From Macrostomum lignano (Eukaryota): 64,000 nt of DNA. This document shows, piece after piece, positions 24,265 to 38,434 of the stretch. The stretch is taken from the NCBI GenBank assembly GCA_002269645.1, contig NIVC01000309.1, positions 124,001 through 188,000 on the forward strand. Reading direction: 5' to 3'. The position numbers were made by a program, and so were the translations under genes. The notes under the pieces are model-generated. The model did not search any database. It worked only from the letters and a program-made list of their open reading frames with translations, and was not told the origin of the DNA. The number at the start of each line of letters is the position of its first letter. Within the stretch, counting starts at the first letter, position 1.

Positions 24265-24747
24265 CTGTAGACAGCAGGAAAATTCCATGCCTTAACTCTC
24301 AAAACAAGTTGCTAATTGTTGGCTGAACTCAGCAGAAATCGGACACTCTTGACTTTTCTGCCTACATGCAGCTACACTAAAAGTGCAATTCGAGACACTC
24401 ACCGCTGGTTGGTGCCACCTGCTCTAGAGTAGCAGCCCTCGATAGAAGTAGCTGAAAATTATTTAATTATAATGTCGTAATTATAAAGCCCAAAAATAAT
24501 TTCGAGATTGCAGAAACCTTTTTTGAACTCCCTCACGGCATGCTTCATCCCTCACACCATGCTTCATCCCTCACGCCATGCTTCATCCCTCACGCCATGC
24601 TTTCTTTCCTCTCCCTGATCCTCCCCAATCTTTCCTCTTTGAGCATCCTTCTAGCTTCTAGGAAATATCTTCACGTCATCAAGCCAGCTCCATCAAGAAT
24701 TCCCCCCCCAATCTGCTACATCCTGTCAACTTCAACAGCTTGCCAAC

Positions 24748-27397
24748 CTTGACCGGCAGTCTGCTCTATCCAGCTTCCTTTGTCGCCTTTATCGGCGTCA
24801 GCTTCATCGGCAGGGACAGGGGCGGCCAGCTGCCGATAAGCCGGCGGCAAGTCTTCGGGCCGCAGGTGGCCCCGCTGGAGGCCCATCTTGTAGAAATCCT
24901 CGGGCCGGCCCAGAAGGCTGTGCGGCACCACGTTGCCTCGACTGTCCAGCCGGGGTCCCGGCGCCGCATGCTGGATTCGCGGCTGCAGCCAAACATCGTC
25001 AACGTCTTCCGCTTCTTCCGTCGTTACTCCCTCGTCGTCGACGGCTTCGTCGTCTTCGGGCGCGGCGCGTCGCAACAGCGCAAAACGACGCAGCGGTGGG
25101 CGGCGCAACGCCGGAGGTATCTCCCTGCGGACCGCCACGCGACGGGACGACGATGGCGCGACGTCGGCGATTCGAGTCGACATGGCGGCCCCAGAGGCAG
25201 CGGTCTCCATGCGGACCTCCTGGGTGATCTGCGGGTTTTGGGTCGGCTCGTTCGACTGCTCAGGGAGTAGAGAGGCAGATTCTCAAGCACTGATGGGGAG
25301 CGGAGAGGCAGATTCTCAAGCACTGATGGAGAGCGGAGAGGCAGATTCTCAAGCACTGATGGAGAGCGGAGAGGCAGATTCTCAAGCACTGATGGGGAGC
25401 GGAGAGGCAGATTCTCAAACACTGATGGGGAGCGGAGAGGCAGATTCTCAAACACTGATGGGGAGCGGAGAGGCAGATTCTCAAGCACTGATGGAGAGCG
25501 GAGAGGCAGATTCTCAAACACTGATGGGGAGCGGAGAGGCAGATTCTCAAACACTGATGGGGAGCGGAGAGGCAGATTCTCAAGCACTGATGGGGAGCGG
25601 AGAGGCAGATTGTCAAGCACTGATGGAGAGCGGAGAGGCAGATTCTCAAGCACTGATGAAGAGCGGAGAGGCAGATTCTCAAACACTGATGGAGAGCGGA
25701 GAGGCAGATTCTCAAGCACTGATGGAGAGCGGAGAGGCAGATTCTCAAGCACTGATGGGGAGCGGAGAGGCAGATTCACAAACACTGATGAAGAGCGGAG
25801 AGGCAGATTCTCAAGCACTGATGGAGAGCGGAGAGGCAGATTCTCAAGCACTGATGGAGAGCGGAGAGGCAGATTCTCAAGCACTGATGGAGAGCGGAGA
25901 GGCAGATTCTCAAGCACTGATGGAGAGCGCAGAGGCAGATTCTCAAGCACTGATGGAGAGCGGAGAGGCAGATTCTCAAACACTGATGGAGAGCGGAGAG
26001 GCAGATTCTCAAACACTGATGGAGAGCGGAGAGGCAGATTCTCAAGCACTGATGGAGAGCGGAGAGGCAGATTCTCAAGCACTGATGGAGAGCGGCAGAT
26101 GCAGATTCTCAAGCACTGATGGAGAGTGGAGAGGCAGATTCTCAAGCACTGATGGAGAGCGGAGAGGCAGATTCTCAAGCACTGATGGAGAGCGGCAGAT
26201 TCTCAAACACTGATGAAGAGCGGAGAGGCAGATTCTCAAGCACTAATGGGGAGCGGAGAGGCACATTCTCAAACACTGATGAAGAGCAGAGAGGCAGATT
26301 CTCAAGCACTGATGGAGAGCGGAAAGGCAGATTCTCAAGCACTGATGGAGAGCGGAAAGGCAGATTCTCAAGCACTGATGGGGAGCGGAGAGGCCAGTGA
26401 GAAGCTTCCCGGACTTTAGCATATACAAGGGCAAAGGGCATGAAAAGTACCCTGTTCAAGTCCTCGTCTCTAATACGCAGCCTCGCGATCTCCTCATTGT
26501 AGATGGCATTCTTCATCCGGTTTGGGTGGCCGCCGGCGTCCTCGTCGAGGTCTGCGAGGCCGCTCGGGTCTCGTTTTTGCCTCCGGAGCCGGTCTGGGGA
26601 AGTTTTCGTGAAACTTATTAAATTAATGGAAAATGGAGATGAAGGCAGGGGAGAGTAGAAGTGAGAGAGCAGAGATAGTAGAGGGGAGAGTGCAGAAGAA
26701 TTAGATGTTAGAGAGCAGAGCGATTAGAGCTGAGAGGGCATGAAGAGTAGAAGTGAGAGGGCAGGTAGATTGGAGGTGAGTGGGCAGAGAGAGCAGAGGG
26801 GAGAGTGCAGAAGAAGTATATGTGAGAGGGCAGAGAGAGTAGAGGAGGTAGTGCAGGGAGAGTAGAGGTGAGAGGGCAGGGAGAGTAGAGGTGAGAGGGC
26901 AGGGAGAGTAGAGGGGAGAGCCGAGAGGGTAGAGAAAGTAGAGGGGAGAGGGCAGAGAAAGTAGAGGTGAGATGGCAGATAGAGTAGAGGGGAGAGGGCT
27001 GAGGGAATAGAGATGAGAGGACAGGGAGAGTAGTGAAGTCAGAGAGCAACAGAATGTGATTTTTGTCTCCATAAATCAAAGATTAGAAACTTTGAACGGC
27101 AGAATCAGTTAATTGATATTAGAACAGCCTCATCACAGCAACATAAAAGTGCACGGCAGCCGCAAGCACAGCTGCTGGTGAGCAGTTTAGGCTTGTCCTT
27201 TGTTAATACCAGCGCGCCCAGCAGTGCGCAAGAGATAAGACAAGAGTAAGTGAGTGCTATAATTAATTTTCACATGTTTATCTACAGCAAATACGGTAAT
27301 TTAAGAGTTGAGTAAACTGTAGGACAAGGGCAGACGGCAGAGTAGTGTACTCACTTGGTGCCATAGACACCCTCCTTCCTCCCAGCCTGCTCGCCAT
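24748..27397 (-). CDS. MYCBP-associated protein-like 5' exons (27397-27355, 26593-26451, 25255-24748)
   Basis: Phase-consistent junctions (1,0). Peptides RMKNAIYNEEIARLRIRDEDL and GPRLDSRGNVVPHSLLGRPEDF recall the MYCBPAP N-terminal motifs (recognised from memory, not searched). Confidence 0.55.
25262..26396. repeat. 33-bp tandem minisatellite filling an intron (GAGCGGAGAGGCAGATTCTCAAGCACTGATGGA)
   Basis: 11-aa periodic ORFs in several frames; lies between exons 26451 and 25255. Confidence 0.96.
26640..27050. repeat. GA-rich degenerate repeat
   Basis: GAGAGTAGAGG-like units. Confidence 0.8.
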
Positions 27398-28397
27398 GCT
27401 GAGAGCGGTTCGGTCAGACCGAGACAAAGTGCTTTAGAACTTTGAGCCAACTTCTACACTTTATTGGATAGATCGAACCTACTTTAATTAGGTCTCTTCT
27501 GTAGTCTAGATATTGGTTTCAACCATCTGTCTGTTGTTGTTGTTGTCTTATTTAAATTCTCTCTTGAGCGAGAGGGAGAAGGGGTCCACAGCGCACTGCA
27601 AACGCAAATTGCAAAGCTGAGACAGACAGACGGGCATGTAGAGAAGAAAATAACGAAAACTCTGGTGCCTATGACAACCAATGCGGTGGAAGCAGAGACC
27701 CCCTTTGGCACTCGTAGTCGACCCCACCCCCTGCCCGGCCCGTAAGCCGTTTCTGCCGCTGTCGCCTGCCTCATTGTCTTTGCTTGAGCAGTTTTGCAGT
27801 CACAGCTCTGCATTCCAGACGAGCACAGCGGGCTAGTGTGTTACCCTAACATCTGTAATATTTTTAGAAATTATCAAATCTTGCATCAATATTTTATTGT
27901 ATAGAATTTTATCACTATTTTTAGTGACAGTTTGCACTCGTCTGAAAAGACAGATTATGACAAGTCAGTAAATTTCAGCTTGTCAACACTGTTTAGCCTT
28001 ATCAGTAGCTCAAGTGAAATTATCGTATGGATTTCAGTTTACTTGGCCAGAGCAAACTTACTGCGAATTTTATCAGGCTGTGTGCTTAAACTCGAAGCGT
28101 AATTAAAATCTAGACAATTTTTTATAAAGACTGACACTTCTCGCTAAGCCTGAAAATCCTAAAAGTACATCTTTTTGAGTTACATAAATATCAGGTTTAA
28201 AACTTCTTTCAAAAATATTCCAGCAGATGTTTATAACATTTAGGATTTCCCATGCAATTCATGATTCACACTCTGTCTCAGCTGCTGTTGCTGCATTTTA
28301 AAAGTAACTGTGACACATTCTTTCTCCAGACAGCGTTTCCCCATACACCCCTCCATTTCTGCCCATTAACCTCAGAGAGACTTTAGAGGGATTCACA

Positions 28398-29230
28398 TCA
28401 TTCCCATCTCTCTCCCATCTCTCTCCTATCTCTCTCCCATCTCACTCCCATCTCTCTCCCACCCATCTCTCTCTCACCTCTCTCCCATCCTTCTCCCATC
28501 CTTCTCCTATCCCTCTCCCATCTCTCTCCCATCTCTCTCCCATCTCTCTCCCATCTCTCTCCCATCTCACTCCCATCCCTCTCCCATCCTTCTCCCATCC
28601 CTCTCCCATCTCTCTCCCATCTCACTCCCATCCCTCTCCCATCCTTCTCCCATCCCTCTCCCATCTCCCTCCCATCTCTCTCATATCTCTCTCCCACCCA
28701 TCTCCTCTCTCACCTCTCTCCCATCCTCTCCCATCTCTCTCCCATCCTCTCCCATCCCTCTCCCATCTCTCTCCCATCTCTCTCCCATCTCTCTCCCATC
28801 TCTCTCCCATCTCTCTCCCATCTCTCTACCATCACTCTACCATCTCCCTCCGCTCCCTCTCCTATCTCTCTCCCATCTCCCTCCCCTCCCTCTCCCATCT
28901 CTCTCCCATCTCTCTCCCATCTCTCTCCCATCACTCTACCATCACTCTACCATCTCCCTCCGCTCCCTCTCCTATCTCTCTCCCATCTCCCTCCCCTCCC
29001 TCTCCCATCTCTCTCCCATCTCTCTCCCATCTCTCTCCCATCTCTCTCCCATCTCTCTCCCATCTCTCTCCCATCTCTCTCCCATCTCTCTCCCATCTCT
29101 CTCCCATCTCTCTCCCATCTCTCTCCCATCACTCTACCATCTCCCTCCGCTCCCTCTCCCATCTCCCTCCCCTCCCTCTCCCATCTCCCTCCCCTCCCTC
29201 TCCCATCTCACTCCCCTCCCTCTCCCATCC
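28398..29230. repeat. (CTCTCTCCCAT)n-like pyrimidine array
   Basis: Directly visible. Confidence 0.93.
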
Positions 29231-29245
29231 CAGTCATAACCTCAC

Positions 29246-29612
29246 CTAAAGTGCTGGACCGCCTTCCAAAGCCCGACGATCCACCGGCGCTCGACAAGGC
29301 AACCGTCGATGCCGATCTTTGACGTCCGCTGAGGCCCGACGCGTGCAGCTTGGCGAAGCGCAGCGCCGAGACAACTCCGACGCTCAGCCGGCTGAAGCGT
29401 CCTCTGACATCGCTGCCGCGGTTGCCGCCGTCCGGGCCATCCCGAGACGGCAGCTTCAGCCCGGGACCCAGCGCGAAGCTCACTCGCTTGGCTTCCACAT
29501 TGGAACTGCCGTTGCTGCTGCGCCTGGCCGGAACATGGTCGGCTGTCTCGATGGAAACTGACGCCCGCTGCTTGCGCTGACCATTCGATGCCGACTTTTT
29601 GAGTGACGACAT
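29246..29612 (-). CDS. ATG-containing exon (MSSLKKSASNGQRKQR...RRSSTL), possible alternative first exon of the MYCBPAP-like gene
   Basis: Acceptor CCTGCAG directly before the ATG, 122 open codons and donor TTAG|GTGAGG in phase 1, which is compatible with exon 26593-26451. Confidence 0.55.
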
Positions 29613-29737
29613 TCTGCAGGGCCGAGGGATTGGGTGAGGGAAATCAAGGGAAATTATCCCGTGTGTGCATGGGTTAAACTGTTCCTTTGTTTTATCGGCA
29701 ACCTTTATTGGATGATAATGTAAATCAACTTTGTCTA

Positions 29738-30245
29738 ACAGGAATCGCTCCTGTCTAACAGGAATCACTCCTGTCTAACAGGAATCACTCCTGTCTAACA
29801 GGAATCACTCCTGTCTAACAGGAATCACTCCTGTCTAACAGGAATTACTCCTGTCTAACAGGAATCACTCCTGTCTAACAGGGATCGCTGTTGTCTAACA
29901 GTAATCGCTAATGTCTAATAGGAATCGCTAATGTCTAACAGGAATCGCTAATGTCTAACAGGAATCGCTAATGTCTAATAGGAATCGCTAATGTCTAACA
30001 GAAATCGCTAATGTCTAATAGGAATCGCTAATGTCTAACAGGAATCGCTAATGTCTAACAGGAATCGCTAATGTCTAATAGGAATCGCTAATGTCTAACA
30101 GGAGTCGCTAATGTCTAACAGGAATCGCTAATGTCTAACAGGAATCGCTAATGTCTAACAGGAATCGCTAATGTCTAACAGGAATCGCTAATGTCTAACA
30201 GGTATCACTCATGTCCAACAGGAAATGTCCTCTTCAAACAGGAAT
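29738..30245. repeat. 20-bp satellite array 1 (GTCTAACAGGAATCACTCCT / ..CGCTAAT)
   Basis: Directly visible. Confidence 0.95.
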
Positions 30246-31361
30246 CTATCTAAGGGTAGTATCCTAAATGTCTAACATGAACGAATCTTCATCTAACATG
30301 ATAGTTTTAACAGTCTCTGCAACAATAAGTCATCCTCATGCTCTGCTTGTACTTTAGTTTCTAATAAAGCATAATTTCTTTTTCCAGTCGGTGGGATAAA
30401 AAAGGCCAATTTAAACTATACAGAAACTCAGCCAATCGATTAGCAAAATATTGCTAAAGGAATCTAGTGCTGCTTCTCAGCTTCAGTCAAATTGCTGTGA
30501 GACAAGGAGAGAATGTGGGAGAGAGAGAAAGGACTCAGCGTCGCTTATATTTGATGCATTTCTCAGAGCGCGCGTGACCGCTGCTTTGCCCCAATGCCAT
30601 ATATCTAGTTTAAAAGTACAAAGCCGAGAAAACAATGTGCCCATTTTTCCCATTCACTTTATAGTTTTTTGGTTCTACCTAAATGACTTCTGCTTTTTTG
30701 GCGAAAGTCGTATCTGAATAGGTGCCTGGATTTTAGAATTTTTTTACAATTGTTACTTTTCTCAGTAATCCCTATGCATTCTCCATCGATTGATGAGGCT
30801 AGAGGCAGCTGGGCATACAGGGGGATTGAAAATCAGCTGCAGAGAATAAGTCTGGGGAGTTAAAACGACGTAATGGGGGGTCAAAAATCTCGTGAGCAAA
30901 CGGAGTGTTGGAGATTTTTTACAGTTGCATTCCAGCTTGTCACGCCTTTGATGAATTTTGCTAGAATTTCTATGATGTCCCGGCCTATCTTGATCAAGTC
31001 ATCAGGTAAAGTCTGGGCTGCAGGTCCCATTCTTGCAAGGGATCCTTGGTCTCGCAGTCCCTATTGTTTCGCAGGCCTGTGTTTATTGCTTGCTAATCTA
31101 AACTGTGTTAGGGGTGCACTTTTAATTCTGGATTGGAATTCCTAGGAAATGCATATCGGTTAAATATCATTTGAACTGTTAGCTTTGAAGAGTTCTCTAG
31201 TCTGTCTCCAGTGTCTCGTAAATTCTAGTTCAAAGGCGACAATCTTTAATGCCCGCATTGAAACAATTCCGTGTTCAAGTTCTGTAGAAGAGCGACAGTC
31301 AGGTAATTATGCGGGCATGTGTACATATCAGGCCAGAAGTTTGCTGGTCTTACAATCGCTT

Positions 31362-32530
31362 TTGTCTAACAGGAATCGCAGCTATCTAACAGGAATTGCA
31401 GCTGTCTAACAGGAATCGCAGCTACTAACAGGAATCACAGCTGTCTGACAGGAATCGCTTTTGTCTAACAGGAATCGCAGCTATCTAACAGGAATCACAG
31501 CTGTCTAACAGGAATCGCAGCTATCTAACAGGAATCACAGCTGTCTAACAGGAATCGCAGCTGCTAACAGGAATCACAGCTGTCTAACAGGAATCACTCC
31601 TGTCTAACAAGAATTGCTCTTGTCTAACAGGAATCCTCCTGTCTAACAGGAATCACTCCTGTCTAACAGGAATCACACCTGTCCAACAGGAATCGCAGCT
31701 GCTAACAGGAATCACAGCTGTCTAACAGGAATCACTCCTGTCTAACAAGAATTGCTCTTGTCTAACAGGAATCCTCCTGTCTAACAGGAATCCTTCTGTC
31801 TAACAAGAATTGCTCTTGTCTAACAGGAATCCTCCTGTCTAACAGGAATCCTCCTGTCTAACAGGAATCCTTCTGTCTAACAGGAATTGCTCCTGTCTAA
31901 CAGGAATCCTCCTGTCTAACAGGAATTGCTCCTGTCTAACAGGAATCACAGCTGTCTAACAGGAATTGCTCCTGTCTAACAGGAATCACACCTGTCCAAC
32001 AGGAATCGCAGCTGCTAACAGGAATCACAGCTGTCTAACAGGAATCACTCCTGTCTAACAATAATTGCTCTTGTCTAACAGGAATCCTCCTGTCTAACAG
32101 GAATCCTTCTGTCTAACAAGAATTGCTCTTGTCTAACAGGAATCCTCCTGTCTAACAGGAATCCTCCTGTCTAACAGGAATCCTTCTGTCTAACAGGAAT
32201 TGCTCCTGTCTAACAGGAATCCTTCTGTCTAACAGGAATTGCTCCTGTTTAACAGGAATCCTTCTGTCTAACAGGAATCCTTCTGTCTAACAGGAATTGC
32301 TCTTGTCTAACAGGAATCCTCCTGTCTAACAGGAATTGCTCCTGTCTAACAGGAATCGCTCCTGTCTAACAGGAATCGCTCCTGAATAACAGGAATCACA
32401 GCTGTCTAACAGAAATCGCTGTTTTCTAAAAGAAATCGATCCTGTCTAACAAGATCTCTCTAACAAGAATGACCATTGTCTAGCAGCAATGGTTTTGCCT
32501 TACACTACAGGAATCGCCCTGTCTAACAAT
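31362..32530. repeat. 20-bp satellite array 2 of the same family, with higher-order variant blocks
   Basis: GTCTAACAGGAAT core with recurring multi-unit patterns. Confidence 0.95.
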
Positions 32531-35500
32531 AATCTACCTGCATACCTGACACTAGCTTTCCTGTTTAACGGTTGTTAACCCTTTTCTAGTGGGAATAAAT
32601 TCCTCCTTGTAATATTCCTACTATTACAGTTTGAATACCTTCGTGTATATAGTACCATCAGATTTCACCACGTATTTTTCCTAGAACCTCAGTTTTCTTA
32701 ATAAATCCCTCTTTTTTCACAGCAAATCTGAATAATACTGACTTTTAATTACGGCTGCAGTCGCACTTCTGAAGACAATTAATAGGCAGGGCCTCAACCT
32801 TTGCTGTCAAGCAGAAAATTTTGCTCCAGGCCCGCGTAGGTAATTGGGCCTTTTTTTGGCCTCTGTCAGTAGCATCTGAATGAAACAATTAATTTTAATT
32901 CCGTCTAGGTCTCATTAGGAGCTTTGCTGATGAATTAATTTATCACATAGAATATGAAAAAACTATTAGTCACAATAGTTGGCACGTTGCCACTGTAATT
33001 ATCCACGATGAATTATGTTTCAAGAGTTATTTATGCATGTATTGGCTCCAATTAGACATGTAGTATCGGCCCTGAATGCACAAAAACAATTTTATAGCTT
33101 ATTGATGCAAATCTTCTGCAAATCTGGGACATCCAAATAATCAATGTCTTACATGTAAAACTATAATTTATATTAGCATATTAAGTAATTAAAACGTAGG
33201 ACATATTCAATATAAATTAGTATACCTTGCATCTTTGTATAAATATTACATGTAGCAGTAAGTATCTATAAACCGTTGGCGTATTTGGTCAGTTTCTATC
33301 AGTTTTCTTATCTTATCATCGCATTTTAGGTCAGTTTAGTGGTGTCTTACATTTTGCAATCGACTTTCAAGTACTCGTATATAGACGCAGTTTCGTTCAT
33401 TTCTTATATTAAATTGTTGCACTTCTTACCGCCAAGACAACTTAAGCTAGACTAAATCGTCCTTGTTTATTACATGTAAATGTATTCTACGCACATGCAA
33501 CAACAAAGTTTGGCAAAGTGCAAAGTTAACATAACTTACCTGAAATATGCGAGACAAATAGGTGACAAAAGCTTACAGTACCAACCGTGCTTTTCAATTC
33601 AAATAAGATAAACGTAGAGACGTTCAGGATTTAGCAAGGGGCATCAAACAAGATGCATGCAGCATTGCAGACTGGTCGGACTGTCAAGGTGAACGTTGAG
33701 CTTTGATACGAAGGGATTTAAATTTATGCGCACTTTTTTACCACGAGAGTACTTTAACAAACGATGTAGTTTCTGCTTTGTTGATGTTTTTTTATTGCTA
33801 GGTTATTATGATTAAAGTATTTTATTTTCTAAATTTATTTTTACTTGATCAGATATACATGACAGTGTTAGTACACTAAACACCGATTCAAAACAAAAAA
33901 GGATGGCACCAAAAATTCGCGCGCGGATCAATTAAGTCAAAGATTCAAGTTTTGATTGACCGAACCGACGGACTCAACATTTCATTGTCAGTCAAGTGGA
34001 GTGGTGGGCCTAGAGAATTCTGTATAAGTCAAGTGTGTCAAATGACTCAAATATCAGGCTAGATAAATCGAAATTAAATGCAAAAATGCATTTTATTGAA
34101 TTACAATTAGCACAAACTCTTAAGTAAATTTAACTATCAAAAGACTAAATTGTTTTACATAGTAATACAAGTATAACTTGAACTTGAAGTAACTAGGCCT
34201 ATTACAAATTACAGCTAGGCCCTATTTTAAATCGGAACCTTTAAGACAATATATAGTTTTTAAAGTGTTTGACTATAGATTATAGTGCCAAAAACCAGCA
34301 ATAGGCCCTAGCCTAATCTATATAATTTTTTAACATTAAACTAGGCCTATTGCCAATCTTGGCCCTGGCATACATGTCGCCTTCTGAACTATGGACATTG
34401 GCTATTTCAATATTAATAATATGGTTTATTAATGATATTACAAATATTATGCCAAAAATAGGGGATTAATGCTATCTTTTAATATTAAAGTTGAAAATTG
34501 TCTTGAAGAAAATTCTGGGTCTGATTATTTATTAGAACTTGTCTATGCCAGTGGCATTGCTAACTAAATATTTTACAAAGTAATTACACAAAGTTTTATT
34601 ACAAAGTTATTGACTAAGATACTAGTAACTAGTTAGTATATTAATAATATATTTCTATTCACATATTAGTTAGAATAGATAGGATCCTGATCAGGCTAGG
34701 CCTAAAGTCTTAGGATCCCAAAAAATTGGATTCCTCCATTCTTATAAGATTGGGATCTCAACTCTAAAAAAGGAAATTAGTTGTAGTATAAGCCTAGGTT
34801 TTTATTTAAAATTTGTAGAATTAATGATTATTTGAATGCATTTTTAAAAATGGTAATAGTCTACTTCTTTGGTAGGCCTAATAGCCATTTCAATAATAGG
34901 CAAATAGCCACTTCAGTATCAGTAATAAATATGACCAATTCAGTAATTGCCATTTTAGTAAGAGCTACTTTGTCTTTAATAACAAGTATAGGAAAATTAC
35001 AAATTATATTAATATTGATATGTTCTAAAAGAATGCATAAAAAACTTGAAGGATTAAAGGAATAACAATATTATAAATAATTAGGATACATTTTTGCACA
35101 TTTTAAGAGATTTAAATTGTTGCAAAGTGTATGTATTTGTATATGCAATGCATGCATATGTTTAACTACTTTAACTTTATCTAACTTGTAAAAAAGTGTT
35201 TTAACTAATCTATATATATTTTAATTTCTTGGTAGGCCTATGCTAGATATATGTACTAGAGACAACTTATAATTGACCAAAAAATATATATACATTAGAA
35301 TCTCTAAGGGCCTAGCTACTTGAAATTTTAACAATCTAATTTTTTAATACAAAGCTTTTTGCCTAATATTCTTAGCCTTTAATTTTTTTACAAAGTTAAC
35401 ATGCAAAATAGCAAATTAAAATACAATTTAATAACTATATTTGACATGTTAATTTATTAAATTAGTAGTTGCTAAAGTCAATTACTAAAAATATATTGTT

Positions 35501-38434
35501 TTGACAGTTGTAAATCTCTTTACTAATAGGGATTGTTACTAAAGTGGTAATTTTTTGTTATCAAAGTGGTTGCTAATAAAGTGTATTATATTCTTTAAAA
35601 CATATTTAATATATAGATTATAGGGATTAGAGGATATCATATTTTTATATTTTTAGACTTAATATCTTTACTTTTAAGATAATCAAGACTTGATTGAGAT
35701 ACAAGATTAAGCCTAATAAATGTCTAGTAGGCCTTTATACTATTCTATCTATTAATGCTAATATTGTTATTTGTTAATTATTTCCTATGATAATAATAGA
35801 AAGAAAAACAAATTATATAATATTGAGCATATTAATAACTTAATATGTATCAAATAAAAATATAATAATATCATATCATAGTCACAAAAGTCATATAGTT
35901 ACAAATCTTGACTTTTTTCTGAGATCTTAAAACTAAGATAAAAAAGTGCTGAGATTGAGACTGAGATCTTGCCCTATCCTTATCTATACTTGGGTGTAAC
36001 CTAGGGATTTACCTGGCTATTTCTATTGACAATATATATATAAATTGCTATTGGATAAAATTATAGTCTGCTCTTAGTCAACTATAATTGCTATATCTAT
36101 AACTATAACTATTCTCAGCCAATGACTATTGACTGTTCTCAGCCAATTAGGACATATATAGGCTTATGTGTTGCTAATAGAAATAACCAGGTGATTCCCA
36201 AGGTTGTACATATATATCCCTATTATTATATCATTAATTTGTTGGTTACAAAACTTTGCATCTATTGTGTTTTACCTTTTGATCTTGATCTTGATCTTTG
36301 ATTTTGATTTTAATTTTGACAACCTTGACCTATAGGTGCTAGCTAGGTTTTTTGTCTGGTTGCCAGGTGCAATTTGGCATCTAGAGTCCAATTTTAGGGT
36401 GCAAATTATAAAAGCAAAGTATGGCACTACTAAAATATAAAAAAATGAACATTAAATTTAAGAAGCAAAATATGAGTCATAACATGGTAACAACTATACT
36501 ATTGCATTTTATTTTTTGTAGCTTATGAGACACGACTTGCTTCACTTTAATAATTTAAAATCATTGGATATCAGTTTAATCTGATAAAATCTGAATTGCA
36601 TGCACCTAGATTTAAATCAAATTTTATAGTCTAATTGATATGGTCTTTACCAAAATTAGGGACTCTACCTTATAAGCTTAAGCTTAGATAAAAGTCCCCA
36701 ATTATCCCCTTGCTTGTTCTCTCCTATCTCAGGTCCATTTTTCGTAACTTTTTTTGCCAAATCTAGTTTTTTTGGTGTCATTATGAACAAACTGACATAT
36801 TATCTATGTAAATAGGTTACTTGGGCTCCACTTTATGAACTTAAGTTGTCAAGCTGATAGGCCTTTTTGAGCAATATATTACATTAAAATCTCACAAAAA
36901 GTTTTCATAGATATTTAATTTTTTTGATATAGCATGTTTATGTACTTCTAATGATATGCAGCACTATATACTGTATTTGTGATATATCATGTAATATTAG
37001 TATATCTTGTATTATTGCTTGAGTTATCTTATGGCACTATACATTGTATCGTACTTCATGTATTCTTATATTTAATCTTTTTATAAAATTTTCTTTTATT
37101 AGGGTTTCTCTTATGCTAAATATTTCTAGAATCAAAAGTATCATAGTTTACTCTGGTAAATGTTCTGCCTAAGGCAATCTATTATATTCAAAATCTTAGT
37201 TCTTATTTTTTAATGGCAATAAATTTTCTTAATGTCTAGGTTTTAATGCCAGAAAAGAAAGGAGAAGTAGAAATGCATATGTATATTGTTATATTTCTAT
37301 TAGCTAATGTTATTCATTTTATATGCTTAATACAAGTCTTAACAAAATCATTTATAAAGCTTTAACTCTGTTAATATCAATAATATGCAAAAAGACAACA
37401 TATCTGGAAATGTATTGGATTTATTTTGTTTTTTTGCAGAGTTTTTGAATTTTTATATTCATTAGACTACTTTAAGTAGGTTAGTCCTTTGTGTCTTCAT
37501 TTTTATTGTAGTTTAAGTTAACAGAAAAAGCAGAATTAAGTTTCCAGACAAGTCAAATTAGGAAAGAATCACTTTTGACTAGATTATCAGTCAGGAATAT
37601 ACACACTCTGTGTTTTTAAGTTTAAATTAAATCAATGTTTCATATTTTGGCTATGGCTACTTCACATTTGGAAAAGTTTAGCTAAGGCACCAAAAATAAA
37701 TTTAGTTATAGCAGAAATCTATTTTAATAATCTCCATACTTTTACAGCAATTGCAGCATGCAGTCGTGTTTGTATTTTTAGTCATTCTATATAAACAGTT
37801 TACAATATATATTGACAGTGGCAGTGCTATAATTTTCGCGCATTATTGTCATATTTGCCCACAAATTAGTTTTAGAGTTGCTTTCAACTATTTTTATAGC
37901 TTTTACTCTCTTAGCTCTCCAGTCAAAGCTAGCTACCTGTTTGCAATATATCTCTATCTGCCTTCATGCATCACTTGGCTGACTTCCTCCCGTTTCTATC
38001 CTGCTATTGTTTTCTCCAGGGACCATGCGAGAGTGCTAGCTACTGCCTTTCTCTCCCTCCAGCTGTGTACACGCTTGATTGTACATTCGGAATTTGATGA
38101 CTGGATTCCTATTGGGTAGCCTGAGAACAAAGGATGCTGAAGCTGAGGGTAGCTCAGATGGGGGATGAAGATTCTGGGAAGAGGATCTTTGCTACTGGCT
38201 ATTGTTCTTTAGGGTGACAGCCGTACCTGGCTCCGTGTGTATATATATTTGGGTAGGAGAGTGAGGCTTGTTCCTACGCTCAGCTCAGCCTCCCCTGTCT
38301 CTTTGTTTCCTTTTTTAGCTTGCGTTGATAATTATTCGCATAATATTCTGATGATCATTCTATGAAAATTGCAGCCAGTTAAAGTTATGCAATCTCGCCT
38401 TGTTAATATATCAGATAAATAAATAATAAAAAGA

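Noticed and set aside
25262-26396. Hammerhead ribozyme in the 33-bp satellite (CTGATG motif)
   Set aside because: The unit lacks the GAAA core element and the required stems.
24933-26400. Long repetitive proteins (SGEADSQALM, RSPSVLENLP)
   Set aside because: They arise from a stop-free 33-bp minisatellite lying inside a phase-consistent intron.
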